A stretch of 64,000 bases of DNA from Chthonomonadales bacterium (lineage in GTDB: Bacteria > Armatimonadota > Chthonomonadetes > Chthonomonadales > CAJBBX01), in the NCBI GenBank assembly GCA_049967475.1, contig JBMFSQ010000001.1, positions 214,600 through 278,599 on the forward strand, given 5' to 3'. The notes under the pieces are model-generated. The model searched no databases and had not been told where the DNA came from. It saw nothing but the letters and a program-made list of their open reading frames with translations. This document shows positions 1-8,859 of the stretch, one piece after another. How positions within the stretch are numbered: position 1 is the stretch's first letter; each line of letters begins with the position of its first letter. The translations under genes and the position numbers were made by a program.

Positions 1-284
1 TTGAGGGCCTTGGCCGTGTCGGCAATCCGGCGGGCGTTGTTGAAATACTCCGGGCCCATCCGGTCCAGGATATTGAGCTTATAATCTGCCAGCACGAACC
101 CGTTGTACCCGCATGCGGCGGCCCGACGCATAACGCCCACGGCTGCGGACACGTTGGCATCTACGAGGAGGTTCGTGGAGAGGTAGAACCAGCGGTGGGG
201 GATGGGGCGCGGAGCGTTTGGAGCAGCAGGCAGGTATACGCGGGCAGCGAGCGCCGCGCCGAGGCAGATCAGGGAGAGGGGCAT
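1..284 (-). CDS. Partial secreted protein, probably carbohydrate-active; runs off the window start
   Basis: Not in ORF track. ATG at 284 reads open to position 1: MPLSLICLGAALAARVYLPAAP...RWFYLSTNLLVDANV...RAAACGYNGFVLADYK. Signal-peptide-like N-terminus; starts 3 nt from the upstream gene's stop. Confidence 0.6.
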   Translation of the reverse strand, partial: MPLSLICLGAALAARVYLPAAPNAPRPIPHRWFYLSTNLLVDANVSAAVGVMRRAAACGYNGFVLADYKLNILDRMGPEYFNNARRIADTAKAL

Positions 285-286
285 GG

Positions 287-517
287 TTACACCTCGCCTT
301 TGGACGATGCTGACGGCGCGGTTTCGGGACTATCGGCTTCCAGTGTGACGGACCGGATATTCACGATGGGGATTAAGGTGGTTCTTCCTTTGCCCACCAG
401 AACCTTGACCCACTGATCGCCTACTTCCTGAAGCACGCCGCTCCATTGCCCGGCTTCGTTCACCAGCACGAAGCTCACGCGGGATCCGATGTATTCTCGT
501 ACGAACGCGTCTGCCAT
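287..517 (-). CDS. Small hypothetical protein, possible Sm-like/SH3 beta-barrel
   Basis: MADAFVREYIGSRVSFVL...WSGVLQEVGDQWVKV...LIPIVNIRSV; tightly packed in operon. Confidence 0.6.
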   Translation of the reverse strand: MADAFVREYIGSRVSFVLVNEAGQWSGVLQEVGDQWVKVLVGKGRTTLIPIVNIRSVTLEADSPETAPSASSKGEV

Positions 518-592
518 GAGTTCCACCTGGTGCCCGATCTGGGAGGGCTGGATCAGGACTGCCTGCCCTCCCAGATCCGGTAAGCGGAGCGT

Positions 593-1618
593 CTATCCTT
601 CCACCGGTACGGGTTTGCCCGTGGCGATGGACCGGTTCGCCGCCAAGGTGAGTTCAAGCGTTTTTGCCGCATCGGGATAGGTGGATTGGATGCGGCTGCC
701 GTCTCCGGTGGCTACAGCGTCCAGAAACACGCGGTCCTCGATGGCGAAGATATTGTCCTCACCTTTGATTTCCTCAGGGTCGGCACCCTTGCGCAGGATC
801 TTAACGGAATGTTCCCATCCGGTGAAGAGGAGCGTCGTGTCGTGGGCGTAGATGTTGAGCGTCACCCCTCCGCCGCCTCCGTTGGCGGAGCAGGATGACA
901 TGAGATTGGCGACGCCTCCAGACTTGAGGCGTATGTTCACCGAGCTCGCGTCGTCTATGGTGTAATTGTAGATGTTCTTGTTGAAGCCGTTGGCGGCATG
1001 GGCACACACTTCCACGGCTTCGCCGCACAGAAATCGGACTAAGTCGAAGGTATGGGTAGTCTGCTCTACGATCTGGCCGCCGCTCTTGTCTTTTTGCACC
1101 CACCACGATCCGATATTGGTGTCTCCGGGTTTGGGGTTGGGCGATCCGCCGATCCATCCGCCGAAGACGAGGATGGCAGGGTCGCTTTGGAGAAGCGTGC
1201 GCCCCTTCTGCACGCCTGCACGGTAGCGGTTCATGTACCCGGCGCACGTGAGGAGCCCTGTGCGCTCGACTTCGGCGGCAAGCTCTCGCGTGAGGCCCCA
1301 GTCCAGGCCAACGGGCTTCTCTACGAAGAACGGTTTGCGGTAGCGGAGGCACGCCTGTTCGGCGGGGCCGTGTGCGAAGGGGGGCAGGAGGATAAACACC
1401 GCATCTGCCTCCACTTCTTGCAGCATTTCGTGGGGGTTCGAGAAGGTCCGTGGTGCAGCCGCCGGCCGAAGCTCCTTGAGTTCCGCCAGGCGTTGCTGGA
1501 TCTTAGCGGCATCCACGTCGCAAAAGGCTACAATCTCGGCATCCTGGAAGGGAGCGATTGCCTTCAAATGGGCCGATGCCATCCCTCCGCTTCCCACGAA
1601 GGCACATCTTACAGCCAT
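593..1618 (-). CDS. Gfo/Idh/MocA family oxidoreductase
   Basis: Rossmann start CAFVGSGGMA, EKP motif, THTFD; start moved to ATG 1618. Confidence 0.92.
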   Translation of the reverse strand: MAVRCAFVGSGGMASAHLKAIAPFQDAEIVAFCDVDAAKIQQRLAELKELRPAAAPRTFSNPHEMLQEVEADAVFILLPPFAHGPAEQACLRYRKPFFVEKPVGLDWGLTRELAAEVERTGLLTCAGYMNRYRAGVQKGRTLLQSDPAILVFGGWIGGSPNPKPGDTNIGSWWVQKDKSGGQIVEQTTHTFDLVRFLCGEAVEVCAHAANGFNKNIYNYTIDDASSVNIRLKSGGVANLMSSCSANGGGGGVTLNIYAHDTTLLFTGWEHSVKILRKGADPEEIKGEDNIFAIEDRVFLDAVATGDGSRIQSTYPDAAKTLELTLAANRSIATGKPVPVEG

Positions 1619-1731
1619 GATGAGGGTTCTCCTTAGGTGTAGGGCATTCTCACGCCGGCGGCGCGAGGCCGGCGCATCCATACGTTACCTTCGGTGGCGC
1701 TGAGGGTATTCCCTGCTGCTTTCCGAACCCT

Positions 1732-3192
1732 TTACCGGTAAACTTCCAATTCGGCAATGGCCATCTGACCGCCGGGTTGGTTGGGCCCGTCGGGCTTGAG
1801 CGCGCACACACGCACGTATCTGGCTTCCACCGGACTAAAGGTTCCCTCCCACGGTCTGCCATCATGATGATCCACGTCGGCTACGGTAATCCAATTTGAA
1901 CCGTCGGACGAGAGGCGTATCTGAAAGTGGGTGGCATATGCCTGGGGAGCGAATGTAACCTTTACGCGGCGCACGGAAAGGGTGTCTACCAGGTCTACCT
2001 CAAAGCACCAGGGCCATTCATTGGCCGCTTCGGCAAAGGTGTCGGTCCGCCCGTCAACGCCGAGGCGGGGGATATGAACATCGGCGCTGGCGGGGAGTTC
2101 GTGCGATCCGTCCAGGCTCAGGAGCTTCGCCTGCTTGTGGTAGGCGAGGTTCCCTGGAGGTATGGCCTCGCGGGTTCGGCTGCGTGTGAGTTCGGCGCGG
2201 ACGGCTTTGAGGAGTTCCACTTGCGAGCGATCCAAGGCGCCGTCCCGATAAAGGAGCACGTCAATAGACACTACGCCTCCCCGCCGATGTACTTCGCTTA
2301 CGTACTCCGCCAACGCTGCCTTGGTGCAGCAGCAGCCCGGCTGAGCCCACGTGGGCCCAAGGAACGAAAGGATGTGCCATTGTTCGCCGTGGATCCAGCG
2401 GCTCACGGGCACATCATAGAAGCGGTTCTGCTCGCCGGCTGTGTAATCTTCATGCGGAGTGTAGGGCATTACCTTGGGATCCACGCCGCGGTTGAGTGCG
2501 ACGATGCTGCGGGGATTGCCGGCCTTGAGGGCGCGTGCCATAACGGCAAGCTTGGCATCGTCATAGCCAATCCAGGGATACATCCCGTCGGTCCACCAGC
2601 CGGCGATCTTGGAACCGTACCTGCGGCTGTACTCTTCCGCAACGGACGCCCATTTGCGCACGAACTCCTCCGAGACCGGAGTGCCGCACCCGAACGCGCG
2701 GCCGGCTTTGGCGTCCTGGCTGGGCCCATCGCCGGTCCAATAGAGCATGAGGGGAATGCCGCGCTTGTGGAGGGAGCGGTAGAGGTCTTCGATGAGATCC
2801 CGGGTAGCGCAGGCTTGGCCGGGCCGGTACCCCGTGATGCGGTCGAAGGTAGAGTTGGGCGCAATCATATACCGCGTGAGTTGCATCACGGTGAAGATGA
2901 CGTACCCGGCGCCGACCTCCTTCATCGTTTTGGCGAAGCGCTCGGTGTCGAATTCGTGCACGCAGGCATCCCAGCTCGTTTGACGGCCCAGGCTGTGGAT
3001 TTGCTCTCGATTATTCTGGAGACCATTCAGGTAATGGACAAAGACGCCGTATCCTGCCTTATGGAACCAATCCGTGTTTGGGTTCATTGGGTCTCCCTGG
3101 CTTGGGGTAACGGTCCAATTCATGAGCATCCAACCGCATGCGAACGAGGCAAGTGCGATTTTGCGAACAGATCCGATAGGCGGACACGCCAT
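1732..3192 (-). CDS. Secreted alpha-L-fucosidase-like (GH29-type) hydrolase with C-terminal F5/8 type C (CBM32) domain
   Basis: WFHKAGYGVFVHY, GAGYVIFT, GWWTDG; C-terminal VDL...SSDGSNW...ARYVRV...IAELEVY; AGGAGG SD. Confidence 0.8.
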   Translation of the reverse strand: MACPPIGSVRKIALASFACGWMLMNWTVTPSQGDPMNPNTDWFHKAGYGVFVHYLNGLQNNREQIHSLGRQTSWDACVHEFDTERFAKTMKEVGAGYVIFTVMQLTRYMIAPNSTFDRITGYRPGQACATRDLIEDLYRSLHKRGIPLMLYWTGDGPSQDAKAGRAFGCGTPVSEEFVRKWASVAEEYSRRYGSKIAGWWTDGMYPWIGYDDAKLAVMARALKAGNPRSIVALNRGVDPKVMPYTPHEDYTAGEQNRFYDVPVSRWIHGEQWHILSFLGPTWAQPGCCCTKAALAEYVSEVHRRGGVVSIDVLLYRDGALDRSQVELLKAVRAELTRSRTREAIPPGNLAYHKQAKLLSLDGSHELPASADVHIPRLGVDGRTDTFAEAANEWPWCFEVDLVDTLSVRRVKVTFAPQAYATHFQIRLSSDGSNWITVADVDHHDGRPWEGTFSPVEARYVRVCALKPDGPNQPGGQMAIAELEVYR

Positions 3193-3204
3193 GGATGCCT
3201 CCTG

Positions 3205-3795
3205 TTACCCGGCGCTTCCCGTTCTGTTAGCCAAAGCGCCGGAAGAATGGAGCCGCTCTGAGCGCAATCCGTGGTGCTGTTCACTGGTAAGAAGGTGTTC
3301 CCCGCAATGACCAATCACTACCAGCTTCCCTGCGTGATCCAACCAAAAGTGCAGGCGTACGTTTTGATTGCGCGCGAGGCGGCACTTCACATGGGGGCTG
3401 ATGTCAATCGTTTGGCCTGCATACGTGCGCAGCCGCTGGCAAACGGCCGCCGCGATGCGTTTGGATGATTTACTCTCGGTAAGGGCAAGAGTAAGCCCCG
3501 TACGATTGCGGAATTCGTCCTCTAGCGAAGCGCTTCCCTCCGTAAAGGCGAGGTGCCACAAAGGACCTGCAACGCTGTAGACGAGCTGCCACGCCCGGTC
3601 GGCGTCAGCGAGGGAAAGGGCCCCATGCCGGCGATCCCACGTTCGGGCCGAAGCGAACGCTTCCGGTAAAACGAAGATACGGTTTGGGCACGTGGATTGG
3701 AAGAACGCTACGATGCCCGCGAGAGATCGCGGCAGGTCCAAAGGCATTCCATGCAAAGGTTTGTTTCCGGACGTACCGCTCGGATGATGCTCCAT
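3205..3795 (-). CDS. Hypothetical protein with RelE/ParE-like C-terminal signature
   Basis: ALTES...R...IDISPHVK...RLHFWLD...VVIGHCGEHL; fills the gap between two operon genes. Confidence 0.6.
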   Translation of the reverse strand: MEHHPSGTSGNKPLHGMPLDLPRSLAGIVAFFQSTCPNRIFVLPEAFASARTWDRRHGALSLADADRAWQLVYSVAGPLWHLAFTEGSASLEDEFRNRTGLTLALTESKSSKRIAAAVCQRLRTYAGQTIDISPHVKCRLARNQNVRLHFWLDHAGKLVVIGHCGEHLLTSEQHHGLRSERLHSSGALANRTGSAG

Positions 3796-3819
3796 GGCCT
3801 AATCCTTCCATTGTACAGG

Positions 3820-4761
3820 TTACCGCGTCTCTCCTTCATAATAGACCCATCGGGTGGAAGACCGGAAAACGATTAGGGTTGCCGCAAGAGTGAGCAAAAA
3901 AAGCACCCACGCCATGGCGCAGGCATATCCCATGCGGAAGTATGCAAAGGCATTCTGGAACAGGTACAGGGCGTAGAAGAGGGTGGAATTGGCAGGGCCC
4001 CCATTGGTCATGATGAAGGTTTGGGTGAAGTATTGGAATGTGCCGATGATGCCGAGGACTACGTTGAAGAAGATCACGGGCGAAATGGCTGGTATCGTGA
4101 TGTGCCACGTGCGCGTCCAGGGGCCCGCGCCGTCAATCTCGGCGGCTTCATAGAGGTGCGTGGGAACGCCTTGGAGGGCTGCCAAGTAGATGACGACCCC
4201 GCCGCCCACCATCCACAGGTCCAGAATGATGAATGCGGGCTTCGACCACACCGGGCTCTGGAGCCATTCCGTGGTGGGTAGGTGGAGGAACTGAAGCGTC
4301 TTGTTCACGAGCCCGTATTGCGGGTTCAAGAGCCAAAGCCATAGGATTGCCGAAGCCACGGTGGGGACTACCGAGGGCAAGTAATAGAGAGTGCGGAAAA
4401 GCGCCATCCCTTTGAGCTTCTGGTTCAAAAGCAGCGCCACTCCCACCGAAATGACCGTGGCGATGGGAAGCTCGATGAACATGAAAACCGTGTTGTAGAG
4501 GGAGGGCAGGAAGTAATCGGTATCCGAGAAGAGTTCCATGTAATTGCGGAGCCCCACCCAGTGCGGAGGCGAGAGGACACGGTACTCGCAGAAGCTGTAA
4601 TAGAGCGACGCTCCGATTGGGTAGAGGGTAAGGGCCAGGAAGCCGACTAGCCAAGGGGAGATGAAGGCAAGGCCCATGAGCAAATCGCGTGTCGCTCGGG
4701 CACCACGGGACTGGCCGGATCGCTTGGGCAGGGACGGGTGTTCGATGGAAGAGGGCCTCAT
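3820..4761 (-). CDS. Carbohydrate ABC transporter permease (MalF/LplB-like)
   Basis: Multiple TM helices; EAA loop LYEAAEIDGAG. Confidence 0.95.
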   Translation of the reverse strand: MRPSSIEHPSLPKRSGQSRGARATRDLLMGLAFISPWLVGFLALTLYPIGASLYYSFCEYRVLSPPHWVGLRNYMELFSDTDYFLPSLYNTVFMFIELPIATVISVGVALLLNQKLKGMALFRTLYYLPSVVPTVASAILWLWLLNPQYGLVNKTLQFLHLPTTEWLQSPVWSKPAFIILDLWMVGGGVVIYLAALQGVPTHLYEAAEIDGAGPWTRTWHITIPAISPVIFFNVVLGIIGTFQYFTQTFIMTNGGPANSTLFYALYLFQNAFAYFRMGYACAMAWVLFLLTLAATLIVFRSSTRWVYYEGETR

Positions 4762-6116
4762 CGGTACCGGTTGAGCTCCTTTTGAACCCGGATGCGCACG
4801 TCCCGCAGAGCCTGTGCAGGCGTCTTGCGGCCGTCCAGGGCCATTTCCCGCGCTGTGGTAAGCTCGTTATTGTAGAGGTTCGCTACAGGCAGGGCTGGGA
4901 AGTGGCCGCCATTCGGGCTGTCGGCCAGATCGAGAAAGACCGAGAACTTCCGTTTGTACGGCGCCCCTTCCCTCAACCGTGGCGACTTCAGGGCAGCGCG
5001 GATATTGGGGACGTTGTTCATGGCCTCTGCGAAAAGGATCTGCGCCTCTTCAGTTTGCATCCAAACGAGAAGGTTCCAGGCTTCCTCGGGGTGTTTACTG
5101 CCCCTGGGGATGCAGATCATGTTTCCTCCCAGCCACGTAGAGCGCGCGCGTTCCGGATGCCCGGCCGGCGGCGGAATGGGTGCAACCTCATAGTCCAATC
5201 CGGGCGCGTATCGGCTTACCCAATAAGGGTTCCATTCACCGTTGAGCATCATGGCCACCTTCCCCACGAAGAAGGGGTTGTTGGCACTCTGAGCCTGGCC
5301 AAAGCCTGCGGCAAAGCCGTTGACCTTCTGGTATCCGCCCATTCGCCGGATCACGTCCACGTACCAAAGCAGAGCAGCGAGGCCTCCTGGGTCGTCCGGG
5401 GTTACCTGGTTGGTACGCGGGTCGTAAAGACGGCCTCCAAAATCCTGCGTGATGACGTTCAGATCCCCGATGGGCTGCAATCCCAGCCGTACGAGATTGC
5501 CGGATGCGTCGCGTTGGGTAAGGCGCACGGCGTACTCTGCGAGTTCTTGAAGGGTGGAAGGAGGCCGATTGGGATCGAGCCCAGCTTCCCGAAAGGCGCG
5601 CCGGTTCCAGAAGAGGGCATAATCGTCAATGAGATACGGCATGGCATAGAGGCGGCCTTTGTAGCGGCAGAGGCTGAGGGACGCGGGCACGAAATCGGCC
5701 TCGTTGAGACCGCTGCGTCGAAACCAATCGTCCAGGGGATACACGGCGTTATTCGCCGCCAAAGGGCCCAAGTACAACGGGTCTGCGAGGGTGAAGAGGT
5801 CGGGAGGTACTCCTGCAACGATGGCCCGGACGGTCTTCGTGTCGTCATTGACGGCGCCCAAGTTCTCTACGATGATGTTGGGATGCAGTTCGTGATACCG
5901 GGCCAGTACCCGAAGGAAGTTCTTCTCTTCCTGACCGGACCACATGGACCACACAGTAAGATGGATTACCCCACGGGTTTCTTGGGGCGCCGGGCCGCAG
6001 CCGATGGTCGCAGTGATGGCCGCAAGGGCGGCGAGGGTGGGCAGGCGGCAGCGGAGGTTTTGAAGAAGCGTGGAACATGTCTGCGCGCAACGGCTGGGGC
6101 CCTTCCAGAGGCTCAT
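4758..6116 (-). CDS. Sugar ABC transporter substrate-binding lipoprotein
   Basis: Lipobox-like TIGC, PPDL, GRLYAMP, GKVAMMLNGEW; overlaps permease start; start codon uncertain. Confidence 0.9.
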   Translation of the reverse strand: MSLWKGPSRCAQTCSTLLQNLRCRLPTLAALAAITATIGCGPAPQETRGVIHLTVWSMWSGQEEKNFLRVLARYHELHPNIIVENLGAVNDDTKTVRAIVAGVPPDLFTLADPLYLGPLAANNAVYPLDDWFRRSGLNEADFVPASLSLCRYKGRLYAMPYLIDDYALFWNRRAFREAGLDPNRPPSTLQELAEYAVRLTQRDASGNLVRLGLQPIGDLNVITQDFGGRLYDPRTNQVTPDDPGGLAALLWYVDVIRRMGGYQKVNGFAAGFGQAQSANNPFFVGKVAMMLNGEWNPYWVSRYAPGLDYEVAPIPPPAGHPERARSTWLGGNMICIPRGSKHPEEAWNLLVWMQTEEAQILFAEAMNNVPNIRAALKSPRLREGAPYKRKFSVFLDLADSPNGGHFPALPVANLYNNELTTAREMALDGRKTPAQALRDVRIRVQKELNRYR

Positions 6117-6323
6117 TTCCGGTTTACCTTCCTGCGAATTCTTGCGAGCGGTGCCTCTCCAAAGTGTGAACTCTTCGGATGCCGCTGCCCATCCACGCGG
6201 AGAACCCGGCCCAAGAGCGCTGCCTGCAAAGCACACTGACTGACATCTTGGTGTGTTACAAGCCTTGGGCAAGCGTGCGCGGCAGCCGGCTAGTGGAAGC
6301 AGCGCGAGGCTGCCGCGCACCGT

Positions 6324-7334
6324 TCATAGGTTCGGGTTGATAGAGCTCCAATCGCTCAGCGGGGGCAATAGTCCAGCTTCGATGATCTCATCGCGCAGTT
6401 TGCACAGGTGCGTATAGCTCTCCTGAAGCGCGGCCATATCCTCTGGAGACCCGTGCGGGACGCGCCCAACGATGCCTTCCGGCGTCCAATCTACATCGGC
6501 AGCCATCATCACTTTGGCGTATGGGCCATCCTTGAAGTATGCGCCACACGGCCACGGGTAATCCCCTCCACGAATGCGAGCCCGGAGCATCTCTACGCTC
6601 TGATGCGCCGGCGATTGATAGGATGACCGGCCGCGGAGCTTGATGATGCGGGCGCCGCCGTTGCGCACATGGTTTTGGATCTCCGCCCATTCTTCTTGGG
6701 AGAGGCTCTTACCGTTGACGGTAGCCCCGCCCAGCAGGTCATCAATAGACACGCCGCATACTTTGGTGCCGCCCTTGAAGACCGCCATTTTTTCGCCATG
6801 CCCGCCGTACGTCTTGCATCCGGTGACTTCATCTTGGGGGACCCCGAAATGCTGGGCCAGGCGAGTTTGCAGCCGCGTGCTGTCCAGTGCGGCAAGGGTC
6901 GTTACCTTGCTTGGTGCGAGGCCGCTATGGACAAGCGTCGTAAGGCCAGTTACGTCGGCCGGGTTGAAGATCACGATGACGAACTCGACATTTGGGCAGG
7001 CGTTGCGAATGGCCTCACCGAGCCCCTTAGCGATCTCACAGTTCCCGCGGAGAAGGTCCTCGCGCGTCATTCCTTCTTTTCGCGGAGCCCCGCCTGAGGT
7101 AATGACGTAGGCTGCATCTTGGAGAGCTTGCGCTTCATCGGTAGTCCAAGAAACAGATGCCCCAGGGTAGGCGCAGTGATAGATCTCTTCTGCTGCGCCT
7201 TCCAGCGGCCCGGCGAGCGGGTCGTACATGGCTATATTACACGCGGTGCCGGTGGAGAGCAGGTCTTGCACGAGGTTGGAGCCGATGGCACCTGCTGCGC
7301 CCAGCACCGCTACTTTTTTGTTGGTTAGGTACAT
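6324..7334 (-). CDS. mdh: Malate dehydrogenase
   Basis: GAAGAIG, GGAPRKEGMTREDLL, NPAD, LDSTR, GGHG. Confidence 0.92.
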   Translation of the reverse strand: MYLTNKKVAVLGAAGAIGSNLVQDLLSTGTACNIAMYDPLAGPLEGAAEEIYHCAYPGASVSWTTDEAQALQDAAYVITSGGAPRKEGMTREDLLRGNCEIAKGLGEAIRNACPNVEFVIVIFNPADVTGLTTLVHSGLAPSKVTTLAALDSTRLQTRLAQHFGVPQDEVTGCKTYGGHGEKMAVFKGGTKVCGVSIDDLLGGATVNGKSLSQEEWAEIQNHVRNGGARIIKLRGRSSYQSPAHQSVEMLRARIRGGDYPWPCGAYFKDGPYAKVMMAADVDWTPEGIVGRVPHGSPEDMAALQESYTHLCKLRDEIIEAGLLPPLSDWSSINPNL

Positions 7335-7421
7335 GGCTTCTGCTCCGGAACATAGGATTGTAGGTATCTTGCTGTTCACCTCGCAGGGTCGGGTTTCCTC
7401 TGTAGGAAAGGCGGACGCGAG

Positions 7422-8825
7422 TTATTTGCCGATGCAGAAGTCGCTGAAGATGCGGTGGATTACCTCTTCGCTGGCAGTTTCTCCGGTGATTGCGCCCAAT
7501 GCATCCAGGGCGCCGCGAAGATCTATCGAGATGAAATCGGGGGGCAGCCCCGAATGGATCGTGTTCTGCGCTGCATCGAGGGCGGCCAAGGCATCGGATA
7601 GGGCAGCCTGGTGGCGCGCATTGGTCACCATGAAGCCCTCGTGGAAGCCCGATGCGCCGGCGTGGAGGATGCGGGCCACCGCCTCTTCCAACGATGCAAT
7701 GCCTTCGCCAAGCAGAGCAGAGACCGGGACGATCAGGCCGTCCCCTTTGCGCTGGGCCAGTTCCTGAACGCGCAGTGCGGCGGCGTCGGCAGGTATGAGG
7801 TCCTTCTTGTTGAGCGCCCAAATGGAAGGAACCCCTTGTAAGTCGGCTGCGATGGCCTCATCCTCCGGCGTCCATCCTTCCGAAGCATCGAGCACGAGCA
7901 CAATGGCGGTAGCGCTCTTGAGGGTAGAACGGGTGCGTTGGACGCCGATCTGCTCTACAGGGTCTTCTGTTGGCCGGATGCCGGCGGTGTCCATCACGGT
8001 AACGGGGATGCCGGCGATGTTCACGACATCTTCGATGACGTCCCGTGTCGTTCCGGGGATGGGAGTGACGATGGCGCGTTCGAACCGGAGGAGCGCGTTC
8101 AGAAGGCTGGACTTGCCCACATTGGGTCTTCCGACAATCGCCAATCGGGCTCCTTCCCGGTACAGGCGTCCCTGGTGCGCGGAAGCCAGCAATCGGCGGA
8201 TTTCGGTGTGCACTTCCTGGATGCGTTGCAGGGTGGCTGAAGTGTCGAGATCGCCTACTTCGTCGGAGAAGTCGAGGGTAACTTCGACTGCTGCGAGGAT
8301 GCCGACGAGATCGTTCCGAATGCGCGCGACCTCTTGAGAAAGGCGCCCTTGCTGCTGCATGACGGCCAAACGCAGGGCGTCTTCGGTTTTGGCGCGGATC
8401 AGGTCACACACTGCTTCGGCTTGGGCGAGATCCATCCGTCCGTTGAGGAATGCCCGTTGGGTGAACTCGCCTGGTTGTGCAGGCCGGGCGCCCTCACGCA
8501 GCAAGAGGGTCATGGCGCGGGCGAGGATTACGGGCCCGCCGTGGCATGAGAATTCCACCACATCCTCACCGGTATAGCTGTGGGGGGCCTTGAAAAGGAG
8601 GAGGAGGGCTTCATCTACCACTTCGTTTGTGCGTCTGTCCGTGATGCGCCCTAGATGGATTGTATGGCTGGGGCGGTGATCCAGAGGCACGGATGCGTGA
8701 CGATCCTTCCACACTCGCTGAGCAATCTCGAAAGCCTTCGGACCGGACACACGTACGATGCCGATACCTCCTTCGCCGGGAGGGGTCGCGATCGCTGCTA
8801 TCGTGTCGGCTGCATTGGCGTGCAT
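7422..8825 (-). CDS. mnmE: tRNA modification GTPase MnmE
   Basis: DTIAAIATPPG, GRPNVGKS, GTTRD, DTAG, C-terminal FCIGK. Confidence 0.98.
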   Translation of the reverse strand: MHANAADTIAAIATPPGEGGIGIVRVSGPKAFEIAQRVWKDRHASVPLDHRPSHTIHLGRITDRRTNEVVDEALLLLFKAPHSYTGEDVVEFSCHGGPVILARAMTLLLREGARPAQPGEFTQRAFLNGRMDLAQAEAVCDLIRAKTEDALRLAVMQQQGRLSQEVARIRNDLVGILAAVEVTLDFSDEVGDLDTSATLQRIQEVHTEIRRLLASAHQGRLYREGARLAIVGRPNVGKSSLLNALLRFERAIVTPIPGTTRDVIEDVVNIAGIPVTVMDTAGIRPTEDPVEQIGVQRTRSTLKSATAIVLVLDASEGWTPEDEAIAADLQGVPSIWALNKKDLIPADAAALRVQELAQRKGDGLIVPVSALLGEGIASLEEAVARILHAGASGFHEGFMVTNARHQAALSDALAALDAAQNTIHSGLPPDFISIDLRGALDALGAITGETASEEVIHRIFSDFCIGK

Positions 8826-8859
8826 CGAGCATCCGTTCCAGTGAAGCCCACTCGCGGCG

